A stretch of 64,000 nt of DNA from Candidatus Hydrogenedentota bacterium (GTDB taxonomy: Bacteria > Hydrogenedentota > Hydrogenedentia > Hydrogenedentales > SLHB01): NCBI GenBank assembly GCA_963674865.2, contig CAXXYE010000009.1:1952001-2016000 (forward strand), read 5' to 3'. Position 1 is the first letter of the stretch, and every line of letters begins with the position of its first letter. Below are positions 50,877 through 60,622 of this stretch, in pieces. The notes below the pieces were generated by a model that saw only the letters and a program-made list of their open reading frames with translations, was not told the DNA's origin and made no database searches. The position numbers and the translations under genes were made by a program.

Positions 50877-51500
50877 ATGAACGCCAGCCATGTTGTGGAC
50901 ATTGTACAGTGGTTACTCACCGGTATCTTCGCCGTTCTCTGTCTCTGGGCGGTTATCTTCAACTACGTCGTGATTGTGCTGAAAGTGATTGCGCGTCGAA
51001 AGAAGGCGCCCTCGCTTGCGCCGTTCTTTGGTGGCGTGAGCGGCTCACTGGCCGTCTTGGCCTGTCCCGTGCCTGGAGTCTTCCAATTTTGGTGGATACC
51101 AATCGTCGCCGATCCCGGATGCTGGTATTCCCTTTACGCCGTCGTGCTGCTGTGCATCGAACGCGCGAAGGAAGAATCCATAACGCTTCATCACGTCGAG
51201 CGCGAGGATATCACCATTGATATTGTCGCCCGCTTTGACGACGGCGACTTGATCATCGACGGTTATGACATTGGCAAGACGGTCAAAGAGTGTTGGGGGG
51301 ACAGCGACTACGAGTACGTCATGACGATTCCCGCCGCAAGTCTGCCTGGGCTGTACGCGCTGCTGAACGTGCAAGTGGGGAATCGGAGGGCGTTGCTGAA
51401 GGCTCTCGCGAAACGGTTTCATGGAAATAAATGCTACTCAGCCATCGGAGACTTCTTGGACAAGAACAGTATTGATTACAAGTCGTTCAGCTGGACATAG
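50877..51500 (+). CDS. Hypothetical protein, membrane N-terminal half plus soluble C-terminal half
   Basis: Hydrophobic half with PSLAPFFGG..WWIPIVADPG; soluble half with DLIIDGYDIG..WGDSDYEY. Confidence 0.65.
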   Translation: MNASHVVDIVQWLLTGIFAVLCLWAVIFNYVVIVLKVIARRKKAPSLAPFFGGVSGSLAVLACPVPGVFQFWWIPIVADPGCWYSLYAVVLLCIERAKEESITLHHVEREDITIDIVARFDDGDLIIDGYDIGKTVKECWGDSDYEYVMTIPAASLPGLYALLNVQVGNRRALLKALAKRFHGNKCYSAIGDFLDKNSIDYKSFSWT

Positions 51501-51643
51501 GGCCGGAGAGGACAACCGATCGAGGATTGGCGTTTTCTCCGGTGGCCCGCGATTCGGAGTCTCGCCGATGTGTTCTCGGGACGCTCAGATGGCCGCTCTC
51601 ACCGCGGCGAAGCCAAGGCTCCCAGCGATAAGTTAGGAAGAAG

Positions 51644-52726
51644 ATGCCTCAACCAAACGAAGCCACCAGAAATCCTGTTGAGCCGGTTAGATTGGCTGTA
51701 ATCGGCGCAGGATTGATGGGCAGAAAACATGCTGGCCTGATCCACGCGCATGATGCGTGCTCACTCGTCGGGATCTGCGATGTCCATCCCGGCTGCAAGG
51801 CGTTCGCCGACGAGCTGAGCGTGCCCTTCTATCGAGACGCAGTGGGACTTATCGAGCATGAGCATCCCGAAGGCGCCATTATCGCCACGCCCAACGGACT
51901 GCATTCGGCCTTGGCCGAGATCTGCGCTCGACGATCCGTGCACACCTTAATCGAGAAGCCGATTGCCGATGCCCTCGACGAGGCGCGCCGAATTGTCGCG
52001 CTAGAAGATGACTTTGGCATTCAGATGCTGATCGGCCACCATCGACGCCACAATCCGCTTGTCCAAGAAGCCCGCGCCATCGTCAATAGCGGCGAATTGG
52101 GCAGACTCGTCGCCGTTTCCATGTTATGGACATTGTATAAGCCGGACGATTACTACGGTGTGGAATGGCGCTGCAAACGTCCGGGAGGCGGCCCCACGCT
52201 CATCAACCTCATTCACGAGTTCGATATTCTTCGCTATGTCTGCGGCGAAATCGATCGGATCTACGCTCAAACAAGCTCGGCGGTAAGGGCGCTGGATGTT
52301 GAGGATACCATCAGTGCAACGCTTTCATTTGCCAACGGCGCGGTAGGTTCGTTGCTGGCATCCGACACAACACCCGCTCCGTGGTCGTACGAAATGACCA
52401 CCGGCGAGAATCCTTACTACTTCCATGCTGACGAGAACTGCTATCACATCTTGGGCACGCTAGGTTCTCTGGCCTTTCCGCAGATGGCGAGGTGGCGCTA
52501 TGCAGATGAAGGCCGAATGGGTTGGCAGCATCCTCTAGAGGCTTCGTGTGTTGACGTTCCTCCGGCTGATCCATTGGTGAAGCAGCTCGAGCACTTCTGC
52601 CGCGTTGTTAGGCGTGTGGAAGCGCCAATCGTTTCCCCGCGGGACGCCGCGCAAACGCTCGCTGTGTCCCTGGCCGCACTGGAATCAGCGGAGAGCCGCG
52701 AGCCCGTCGAGGTTATGCCGGTGTGA
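51644..52726 (+). CDS. Gfo/Idh/MocA-family oxidoreductase
   Basis: VIGAGLMG, IATPNGLH, IEKPIA, GHHRRHNP, GGGPTLINLIHEFD. Confidence 0.92.
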   Translation: MPQPNEATRNPVEPVRLAVIGAGLMGRKHAGLIHAHDACSLVGICDVHPGCKAFADELSVPFYRDAVGLIEHEHPEGAIIATPNGLHSALAEICARRSVHTLIEKPIADALDEARRIVALEDDFGIQMLIGHHRRHNPLVQEARAIVNSGELGRLVAVSMLWTLYKPDDYYGVEWRCKRPGGGPTLINLIHEFDILRYVCGEIDRIYAQTSSAVRALDVEDTISATLSFANGAVGSLLASDTTPAPWSYEMTTGENPYYFHADENCYHILGTLGSLAFPQMARWRYADEGRMGWQHPLEASCVDVPPADPLVKQLEHFCRVVRRVEAPIVSPRDAAQTLAVSLAALESAESREPVEVMPV

Positions 52727-52871
52727 ACCTGAATCGGGCATGCTCGCCCGGGGCGATACAACGCCGGGCAGGAGCAACGATGGACAGGGGCGTTTCGCTT
52801 GTTTGCGTAGGCCCTGCTTGTCTCGTGTATCATCCGGGGGAAATGGGCTTGGCGAAGCAAGGAGTCTGCGG

Positions 52872-54083
52872 ATGTCCTCGAACACATCATGTAAGTTAGC
52901 CATTATGGGCGGCTCGCCCGTGCGTGGGCCGGAGAAGGCGTGGCCGTCGTGGCCGCAATTCGACGATGCGGAGCGGAAAGCCGTCAACGAGGTGCTGGAA
53001 AGCGGCGCATGGTGGCACGGCGAGCGCGTGCAAGCCTTCGAGCAGGATTACGCCGCGTTTCAGGACGCGCGATACGGCGTGTCCGCGTGCAGCGGGACGG
53101 CGTGTCTTGAGATCGCCCTCCAGGCGCTGGGCATCGGTGCGGGGGACGAGGTTATTGTCCCGCCGTTCACCTTTATCGCTACGGCGTCCGCGGTGGCGCG
53201 TGTGGGGGCGGCGCCCGTGTTCGTGGACGTCGATGAAACGTGGAATCTGGATCCCGCCCTTATCGAGGACGCGATTACCGAGCGGACGAAGGCCATTATC
53301 CCGGTACACTTCGCCGGGCGCGTCTGCGATATGGACAGGATAGGCGAGATTGCCGAGGGCCGCGGACTGCATCTGCTCGAGGATGCGTGCCATTCCTGGG
53401 GGTCGAAATGGAAAGGCAAAGGGACGGGCGCTTTAGGACTCGGCGGCGTGTTTAGCTTCCAGATGTCGAAGAATATCACGGCCGCCGAGGGCGGCATCAT
53501 CGTGACGGATGATGAGGATTTCGCCGAGCGGTGCCGCTCGATCAGCAACTGCGGGCGCGCCCGTGACGGGCAATGGTACGGCCACGCCCGGATCGGCACC
53601 AACGCCCGGATGACGGAGTTTCAGGCGGCCATCTTGAATGCGCAACTCGGGCGGCTCGAGGAGCAAACCGTCAGACGCGAAAAGCACGCGGCGCTGCTCG
53701 ATGCGGCCCTGAGTCCGCTTGAGGGCTTGACGCCGCAGCCGGGCGATTCACGCATCACGCGGCGTGCGTACCACCTCTACTGCCTGCGCCTTGACGAAGA
53801 TGCTTTCGGTTGCTCGCGCGAGCGCTTGTGCGAGGCGGCGCAGGCGGAGGGCCTGCCCTTGGGGCCGGGCTATACCGTGCCGTTGTACAAGCAGCCGGCC
53901 ATCGCGAATCTCAAAGGCGGCCCGGATTACGCGGCGTGCCGCTGTCCGATGACGGAGGACCTCTGCTACCGGAGCGGCATGTGGCTCCACCATAAGCTCC
54001 TCCTCGCCGGCCCGCAGGATATGCAGGACATCATCGATATTCTCCTGAAGCTCAAGGAACACGTCGGGGAATTGAGCGACTGA
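52872..54083 (+). CDS. DegT/DnrJ/EryC1/StrS PLP-dependent aminotransferase
   Basis: GDEVIVPPFTFIAT, IIPVHFAG, EDACHSWG, SFQMSKNITAAEGG (PLP Lys), GTNARMTEFQAA; AAGGAG RBS. Confidence 0.92.
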   Translation: MSSNTSCKLAIMGGSPVRGPEKAWPSWPQFDDAERKAVNEVLESGAWWHGERVQAFEQDYAAFQDARYGVSACSGTACLEIALQALGIGAGDEVIVPPFTFIATASAVARVGAAPVFVDVDETWNLDPALIEDAITERTKAIIPVHFAGRVCDMDRIGEIAEGRGLHLLEDACHSWGSKWKGKGTGALGLGGVFSFQMSKNITAAEGGIIVTDDEDFAERCRSISNCGRARDGQWYGHARIGTNARMTEFQAAILNAQLGRLEEQTVRREKHAALLDAALSPLEGLTPQPGDSRITRRAYHLYCLRLDEDAFGCSRERLCEAAQAEGLPLGPGYTVPLYKQPAIANLKGGPDYAACRCPMTEDLCYRSGMWLHHKLLLAGPQDMQDIIDILLKLKEHVGELSD

Positions 54084-54115
54084 ACACGCAGAGCCGGCCG
54101 ATTCCGGCCATCGAC

Positions 54116-55384
54116 TCAGCGGGTGGCTTCCTCCTGGGCGATGCGCGCCCAGGCCGTCAGGAGTTCGGGCCGGCCGTCGAATGAGTGGATATCGCTGATG
54201 TTGAAGTCCATCGGGTGGCCGTCGGCCTGCTCGATGAGCTTACGCAGCCCGCGGCGGATGTCATCCTCGGACGCCCCGAAGAACACCTTGCCCGGATGAT
54301 CGTGAACTTCGAGCACCACCCGCCCCTGGAACCGATCACGGGCCTTCTCGATGGACGACCACGGGGACACATGGAAGCGGCGCAGATTCGGCAGTTCCGC
54401 CAGGACCTCGAGCTTTTCGTCCAAACACTCGCATCCGTGGTAGTAGACGGTGCTACCTGTGAATAGCTCTGCCTCGCGCGTCGTGTAGGGATGGACGAAG
54501 GCCGCATACTGCGCCAGGCCGAGGCCCGCGGAGGTTTGCGCGGAGAGATAGGCCCATTCATCCTCGAGGCGGGGCCCGCGTTGCGCGAAGTCCGCGGCGA
54601 GGTGGGCGCAATGAACTCGGAATCCGACGCGTTGGTATTGCCCCTCGTCCTCCGGGAAGATGTTCAGCCAGCCATGGGCCTCTCGCCGCTTATCGTAGGC
54701 CACCTCGGCCGTCGTGAGGAAGTCCATCAGGGCCGCCACCTCATCCGGCGCGGCGATGGTGTCCATGAGCAGATCCTGCATGCCGCGCATGGCAGTGGCC
54801 GTGTCGAAGGGCGCATGGCCCATTTTCCGGTATTGGGCGAAGACGATGAGGCGGCCGCCGGTGAGTTCCCGTGCGAGGTCGATGGCGGCGCTGACGGCCG
54901 CGCTATCGAAGTCGAAGCGGGGTGCGGTTAGGCGTTTCACGTCGATACCGTCGGCGAAGGGCGCCTTGTAGCTCTTCGCGCCGAGTTCATCGTCGGGACG
55001 CTCCCAACCGATGGCCACGCCCCATCCGCGCGTCTCGACGCAGGGCGCGGAGATGATGATCGAGGGCCACACGATGTGGTCGTCCGGCACGTTCTCCGCC
55101 ATCCAGATGCTGCGGCGCAGGTCGAACTCGATGGAACGCGCCAGAGGGGCTTGGCAGCGGAGGAAGTCCTCGCCGAACATGAACCGCCATTGCGGCCCGG
55201 GAATGCCTTCGTAATAGACGCACACGGGAATCTTGGGGACGGGCCGCAGGGCCTGATGATCCGCCCACAGCGCCTTCTTCTCGGCCTCGCCGGGGCGCGC
55301 GGCCAATACGAGCAGGCGATCAACCAGCGGCCGGAGGATAGCCTGATCGCTCTTCATGGATTCGGGCCTGGCGGCATTGCACAT
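54116..55384 (-). CDS. Hypothetical protein, uroporphyrinogen-decarboxylase/methyltransferase-like TIM barrel
   Basis: MRGMQDLLMD...PDEVAALMDF, FVHPY, YYHGCECLD, HVSPWS. Confidence 0.65.
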   Translation of the reverse strand: MCNAARPESMKSDQAILRPLVDRLLVLAARPGEAEKKALWADHQALRPVPKIPVCVYYEGIPGPQWRFMFGEDFLRCQAPLARSIEFDLRRSIWMAENVPDDHIVWPSIIISAPCVETRGWGVAIGWERPDDELGAKSYKAPFADGIDVKRLTAPRFDFDSAAVSAAIDLARELTGGRLIVFAQYRKMGHAPFDTATAMRGMQDLLMDTIAAPDEVAALMDFLTTAEVAYDKRREAHGWLNIFPEDEGQYQRVGFRVHCAHLAADFAQRGPRLEDEWAYLSAQTSAGLGLAQYAAFVHPYTTREAELFTGSTVYYHGCECLDEKLEVLAELPNLRRFHVSPWSSIEKARDRFQGRVVLEVHDHPGKVFFGASEDDIRRGLRKLIEQADGHPMDFNISDIHSFDGRPELLTAWARIAQEEATR

Positions 55385-55408
55385 CAGTTAGCGAGTCCTC
55401 TTCTTGAC

Positions 55409-56626
55409 TCACGGCTCGACGAGAGGCGGTGACTCGACGAAGAGGTCCTTCCACATAATGCCGTCCACGCCGCCCGCGTGGAGTTGCAGGGCAAAGCCCC
55501 CGGCGAAGACCTGGGGGGCGGCATCGTAGAAGTCGGTGACGCGGAATCCGTTCACCCACGAGGTGATGTGGTTGCCGACGGAGCGGATCTCGATCTCGTT
55601 CCATTGATCCGGCCGGAGGGCGTAGGCGCCGAGCTGCTTCTTGTCCGGTGGGATGATCCAGCCGCGTCGATAACTTTCGTAATGCCAGCCCGTGCTGCCG
55701 GGATAACTTGGCTCGACTTCGCCCTGCACGCCGGATATCAGCGGATAATTCTTGTCGTTATAGCGGATCGTGGAGTGATAGAAGAGGCCGAAATTGCCCG
55801 CTCCGAGCATCTTGAACGCGCCGCGGACGCGGAAATCCTTCCACGATGCGTTGGTGGCCAGATAGCCCTCCGACTTGTCCGGCCCGCTACGGCCGACGAT
55901 GATCCCATTCTCGACGCTCCATTCCTCGGTGCCCCACCGTGTCCAGCCGTCGAGATCAGCGCCGTTGAACAGGGGGCGCCAAGCGCCGGTTCTGTCCAAG
56001 TCGCGGATGCGGATGTTTCGGAACTGGATCTCCGCCGGCGCGCCTTCCAGGGGCGATACCTGCAAGGCCAGGATGCCTTTGAGCATGGCTTCATCCTCGA
56101 CGCGCGTCGCGATGACCCCGTTCACCGCTACCTCGATCACGGCTCCCTCGGCGGCGATGTGCATCGTGTTCCAATCCGTGGCCTTCACGGTCTTCTGAGC
56201 GTCCACCGACGGCCCGGTGAGCAGGCCGCGTCCGTTTTCATCGATGAGCGAGGCGGTGCCGGCTTCGCTGCGCGTCTCGATATTTGCCTGGTAGCCGTAC
56301 ATCTGCGTGGGGAGTTCTTGGGCCGGAACGCCCTCCGCCGCGGGCAGTACGGGGAGGATGTGGGAGCGGAACTGCACACCGCCATTGCACGCCACGGGCG
56401 TCTTGAATTCGAGTTCCAACTCGAAATCGGCGAACTCCTCTGTAGACCTCATCCACGCCATCTCACCCTCCGCCGCGCGGCCTATGAGCACGCCGTCTTC
56501 AACGGCCCACTGGCCTGAAAGCGGCTGGAGATTCTCGAAGTGCTCGTAGCGCACGTCCTGCCAGGGCGCCTCAGCGGCAAGTGCGGGCAGGGCAGCAAGT
56601 AACAGAATAGCGGCGGCTCGTTTCAT
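55409..56626 (-). CDS. Secreted tandem DUF1080 (3-keto-disaccharide hydrolase-like) protein
   Basis: Signal MKRAAAILLLA; two repeats with W.VE.G, F.DFEL.LEFK, NGGVQFRS, DWN/QWN, PLFNGADLDGW, FALQLH; CAGGAG RBS. Confidence 0.88.
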   Translation of the reverse strand: MKRAAAILLLAALPALAAEAPWQDVRYEHFENLQPLSGQWAVEDGVLIGRAAEGEMAWMRSTEEFADFELELEFKTPVACNGGVQFRSHILPVLPAAEGVPAQELPTQMYGYQANIETRSEAGTASLIDENGRGLLTGPSVDAQKTVKATDWNTMHIAAEGAVIEVAVNGVIATRVEDEAMLKGILALQVSPLEGAPAEIQFRNIRIRDLDRTGAWRPLFNGADLDGWTRWGTEEWSVENGIIVGRSGPDKSEGYLATNASWKDFRVRGAFKMLGAGNFGLFYHSTIRYNDKNYPLISGVQGEVEPSYPGSTGWHYESYRRGWIIPPDKKQLGAYALRPDQWNEIEIRSVGNHITSWVNGFRVTDFYDAAPQVFAGGFALQLHAGGVDGIMWKDLFVESPPLVEP

Positions 56627-56858
56627 GATTGTCTCCTGTGAGTATCGAAATTTTCGGACGGCTCTCGTATTGCGCCTTTGGCGCCTGAAAGCACGGAAAA
56701 CGAGACAGGAACAAGCGCGGCATAGAGCAGCCGTTCCCATCATCTCCGGCCACCATTTGGCCGGTTGTCGTTGATGACGCGATTGTGTTACACCAAGTGT
56801 GGGTTGATTCTCAACATTCCTCGCTGGGGAGGCGTGTTCCGACTGGAGGATGTGGACA

Positions 56859-57833
56859 ATGGAATACCGTCAATTGGGCAAATGGGGCGCGCGAGTCAGT
56901 TGTCTGGGCCTGGGAAGCTATCTCACCATCGGCATGACGTGTGATGAGAAGATGTCGCGGGATACCATCCGCGTGGCCTATGAGAATGGAATCAACTATT
57001 TCGATACGGCAAACGCCTATAATCGCGGTGAGGCCGAGGTCGTCCTTGGCAAATGCCTCGCGGAGCTCCCGCGTTCCGACCTGTTCGTTCTGACGAAGGT
57101 TTTCGCGCCCATGGGGGACGGCCCGAACGACCGCGGCCTGTCCGCCAAGCACATCCGCGAGCAATGCGAAGCCAGCCTCAAGCGCCTGGGAATGGACTAT
57201 GTGGACGTGTACATGTGCCACCGGCCCGATCCGGCCACGCCCGTCGAGGAAAGCGTCCGCGCCATGGAGGATCTGGCCCGGGCCGGGAAGATCATCTACT
57301 GGGGCATCAGCGAGTGGCCGGCGCCGATGATTGTCAAGGCCAACGCCATCGCCAAGGAGATAGGTGCGCGGCCGATGGCCGTCAGCCAGCCGCGCTACAG
57401 TCTGCTCTATCGCTATCCTGAGCAACTCCTCTTCCCGACGACGGATGGTGAAGGCATCGGCAACGTCGTCTTCTCGTCCCTGGCGCACGGCATGCTGACG
57501 GGGAAGTACAAGCCCGGCGAGGAGGCCCCGGCGGGGACGCGCGCGGCCGATGATCGCCAGAACGCGGTTATTAAAGCGCTCTACTGGAATGAAAAAAACA
57601 AGGAAAAGGCCCAGGAACTCGTGACAATCGCCAAGGATTTGGGCGTGAGCGCCGCGGAACTCGCTATTGCGTGGTGTCTGAGAAATCCGAGCGTAACAAG
57701 CGTGATCCTAGGCGCGACGCGTGTCGAGCAAGTCGAGCAGAACTTGAAGGCGGTGGGGCTGGAGCTGTCCGAGGATGTCATCGAGCGCCTCGACACGCTC
57801 TTCCCGCGGGCGCAGGCGGTGCCTGGTGTGTGA
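56859..57833 (+). CDS. Aldo/keto reductase (Kv-beta-like subgroup)
   Basis: MEYRQLG, FDTANAY, TKVF, GLSAKHI, SLKRL..DYVD, GISEW, QPRYSLL, LTGKY, VILGAT; GGAGG RBS. Confidence 0.93.
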   Translation: MEYRQLGKWGARVSCLGLGSYLTIGMTCDEKMSRDTIRVAYENGINYFDTANAYNRGEAEVVLGKCLAELPRSDLFVLTKVFAPMGDGPNDRGLSAKHIREQCEASLKRLGMDYVDVYMCHRPDPATPVEESVRAMEDLARAGKIIYWGISEWPAPMIVKANAIAKEIGARPMAVSQPRYSLLYRYPEQLLFPTTDGEGIGNVVFSSLAHGMLTGKYKPGEEAPAGTRAADDRQNAVIKALYWNEKNKEKAQELVTIAKDLGVSAAELAIAWCLRNPSVTSVILGATRVEQVEQNLKAVGLELSEDVIERLDTLFPRAQAVPGV

Positions 57834-57896
57834 TCAGGCGCGGCGCGTGTGGGCTGCTCCCCGGGCCTTGCCCGACAGCAGCGGAGTGCTGCCCCT

Positions 57897-59654
57897 ATGA
57901 AGGATCCGCGCGTAAAGGTTGCGCTCTTATCAATCGCCTGCAATGCGGCCTTGGTGTTGCTCAAGCTGCTGGGCGCCAACCTGTCGCTCAGCATGGCGAT
58001 GAAGGCGGATGCCATCCATTCGCTATCGGACGTCTTCGTGTCGGCGTTGGTACTGTACGGCGTGCTACTTTCGCAGAAGCACAAACGCTGGCTGAATACC
58101 GTCGAGAACGTCATCGCCCTCATCATCTCCCTGTTTATCTTTAGCGCGGCGGCCGGGATTCTAGTCGAAGCGCTTCGCCCTCGGGGGGAGGGCCTGACGC
58201 GTCTGCCCGCGGCCATCGGCATTGTCTGGGCGTGCATTCTCATTTCGTACGCTATTTCGCAATACAAAGTCCGTCACGGCCGCGCCTGCAAGTCGCCGAG
58301 CATCGAGGCGGATGGCTATCACTCGCTCATGGACATGTATTCCTCCGTGATTGTGTTGATTGGCTTGGTGGGCCACCTGATCGGGATAGGCCTGGATACG
58401 GCCGCGTCGATCATCGTGGCGCTGCTGATTTTTAAAGTGGGCCTCGAAACCATGGTGGCCTCCATAGAGGGCTTGACCTCCTCCGAACTCTTCTCGGTGA
58501 GAACCATCGGCGAGTTTTTCCGGGATAGTCGCCTGGGCAGGGCGTTGTCCGGTGCGCAAGAGCGGCTGGTTGAGTTGATACCACTACAGGCTGTTCCGAT
58601 GTTGGAGCGCACGGGGCGGGCGGTGTACAGGCACCGGCGTGCCGCCGTGGTATTCGTAATCGCTCTCGGCCTCGTGGCTTACGCTGCGACGGGGCTCTTC
58701 CGCATCCAGCCGGATGAACTCGGCGTGGTGCTTGTCTGCGGGAAGCTCGAGCACGACAATCTCACGCCGGGCCTCCATTACCGCCCGCCATCGCCCCTAT
58801 CCCGGCTCTACCGCGTGAAGGCCGGGAGGCTTCGCCAACTCGAATTCGGCTTCCGTACCGTCGCCCGGCGCGAGGATGTTCAGGAGCCTACCGCCTATCT
58901 GTGGGAGAGCCGGCATACCACGGGCATCTACGAGAAGCGTGAGGCCGAGGCCGTCATGTTGACGGGCGATAAGAATGAAGCGGACGTGAACATCACCATC
59001 GAGTACCGGGTGGCCGAGCGTGCCGCGGCCAAGTACCTGTTCCGCCTGGCCGACGTCGAGGCCGTTGTCCGGGCGGCTACGGAAAGCTGCACGCGCCATA
59101 TCGTCGGCACCATGCGCCTGTCCGAAGTCCTTACGACGGCCCGGCAGGAACTCGAACACCGGTTGGGGCGGGAGCTTCAGGCGCTGCTTGACAGCTACGA
59201 CGCCGGTGTTGCCGTCTCGGCGGTGCGCCTACAGGATGTTCACCCGCCGGTGGCCGTCGTGCCCGCCTTCAGGCAGGTGGCCACGGCGCGCGAGAACAAG
59301 GTCACCGTGGTTAACCAGGCCACCGCCTACCAGAAAGCCACCATTCCCAAGGCGCGGGGCGCGGCCCAATATATCCTGGCGGATGCGGACGCCTACCGCG
59401 CCGAGAAGGAGCTTCACGCGACGGGCGATGCGACGTATTTCAACGCCGTTGCCGAAGTGGCCAAGCACTTCCCCGACGCCATGCCCTTCATTATGTATAT
59501 GGAGGCTGTCGATGCGGCGCTGCCGCCCCTGCGAAAGGTGATCCTGAGCCGCGCGCTCAGTGCCGGCGCGGGCGGGGCGCCTTTGGAGACGTATTTCCTC
59601 ACCACCGAGTTCCTGAAGATGTTTGAGAGCGTGGCTGAGCGTGAGGAGGAGTAA
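57897..59654 (+). CDS. Cation diffusion facilitator TM domain fused to HflK-like SPFH/band-7 domain
   Basis: CDF: ADAIHSLSD and ADGYHSLMD (HxxxD in TM2 and TM5). SPFH: IQPDELGVV..GK..PGLHY, MLTGDKN, LQDVHPP..V.PAF..V..A, IPKARG.A. Confidence 0.88.
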   Translation: MKDPRVKVALLSIACNAALVLLKLLGANLSLSMAMKADAIHSLSDVFVSALVLYGVLLSQKHKRWLNTVENVIALIISLFIFSAAAGILVEALRPRGEGLTRLPAAIGIVWACILISYAISQYKVRHGRACKSPSIEADGYHSLMDMYSSVIVLIGLVGHLIGIGLDTAASIIVALLIFKVGLETMVASIEGLTSSELFSVRTIGEFFRDSRLGRALSGAQERLVELIPLQAVPMLERTGRAVYRHRRAAVVFVIALGLVAYAATGLFRIQPDELGVVLVCGKLEHDNLTPGLHYRPPSPLSRLYRVKAGRLRQLEFGFRTVARREDVQEPTAYLWESRHTTGIYEKREAEAVMLTGDKNEADVNITIEYRVAERAAAKYLFRLADVEAVVRAATESCTRHIVGTMRLSEVLTTARQELEHRLGRELQALLDSYDAGVAVSAVRLQDVHPPVAVVPAFRQVATARENKVTVVNQATAYQKATIPKARGAAQYILADADAYRAEKELHATGDATYFNAVAEVAKHFPDAMPFIMYMEAVDAALPPLRKVILSRALSAGAGGAPLETYFLTTEFLKMFESVAEREEE

Positions 59655-59698
59655 GACGTGACATACCGGGACACGCGCGGCCTCTTAGGAGCACATCC

Positions 59699-60622
59699 AT
59701 GAAACGGGCTCTTCTGATCATCGCGATACTGCTGCTGGCCGGACTCGTCCTCCGCTCGAGCGTATTCACGGTAGACGAGACGCAGTACGCCATCGTCACC
59801 ACCTTCGGGAAGCCGGGCGCGCCCATCACGGAGCCGGGATTCCAGTGGAAGCTGCCCGCGCCGGCGCAGACGGTACTGCGCTTCGACAAGCGTCTGCAGG
59901 TTTTCGATCCGCGTCCCTCGGAGAACCTCACGCTCGACAGGAAGAACCTGGTTGTCGATAGCTTCGCGTGCTGGCGCATCGCGGACGCCCACCGGTTCCT
60001 GGTGAAGGTCGGCACCGCGGCGGGCGCGGAGAACAGCCTGGCCATGCTTGTTGCGTCGGAATTGAGCGCCGAATTGGGGAAACACGAGCTTTCCGATCTG
60101 GTGTCCGTCAACGAGGACGAGGTCAAATTGACGGAGATCATGGACGCCGTCACGGCGCGGTGCCGCGATGCCGCTCTCGAAGACTATGGCATCGAGGTTG
60201 TGGACGTGCGTATCAAACGCATCAACCTTCCCTACGAGAATAAGGAGGCCGTCTACGAGCGCATGCGGGCCGAGCGCGATCAGAAGGCCAAGGAATACCG
60301 CGCGGCCGGTGAGGAGCAAGCCACCATCATCCGCGCGAAAACCGAGTCGGAGAAGCGGGCGATTCTCTCCGAGGCATATAAGGAGGCGCAGCGCATCAAA
60401 GGGGAGGGCGATGCCCAGGCCATCGAGATTCAGAGCAGGGCCTTCAGCCAGGATCCTGAATTCTACAAGTTCATGCGCACCCTTTCTTCGTATGAGAAGG
60501 TCTTGGGAACGAATACGACGATGGTTATGTCCTCTCAAGCCGAGTTTCTGAGACTTCTGACGGAGTTCGATCCCGCGGACTTGGCCGCCAAGACAAGCGC
60601 CCCGACGGGAGATAAGCCGTGA
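59699..60622 (+). CDS. hflC: HflC-like SPFH protein
   Basis: FTVDETQYAIVTTFGKP, FDKRL, LTLDRKNLVVD, GIEVVDVRIKRINLP, VYERMRAER, GEGDA.A, DPEFYKFMRTL..Y. Confidence 0.9.
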   Translation: MKRALLIIAILLLAGLVLRSSVFTVDETQYAIVTTFGKPGAPITEPGFQWKLPAPAQTVLRFDKRLQVFDPRPSENLTLDRKNLVVDSFACWRIADAHRFLVKVGTAAGAENSLAMLVASELSAELGKHELSDLVSVNEDEVKLTEIMDAVTARCRDAALEDYGIEVVDVRIKRINLPYENKEAVYERMRAERDQKAKEYRAAGEEQATIIRAKTESEKRAILSEAYKEAQRIKGEGDAQAIEIQSRAFSQDPEFYKFMRTLSSYEKVLGTNTTMVMSSQAEFLRLLTEFDPADLAAKTSAPTGDKP

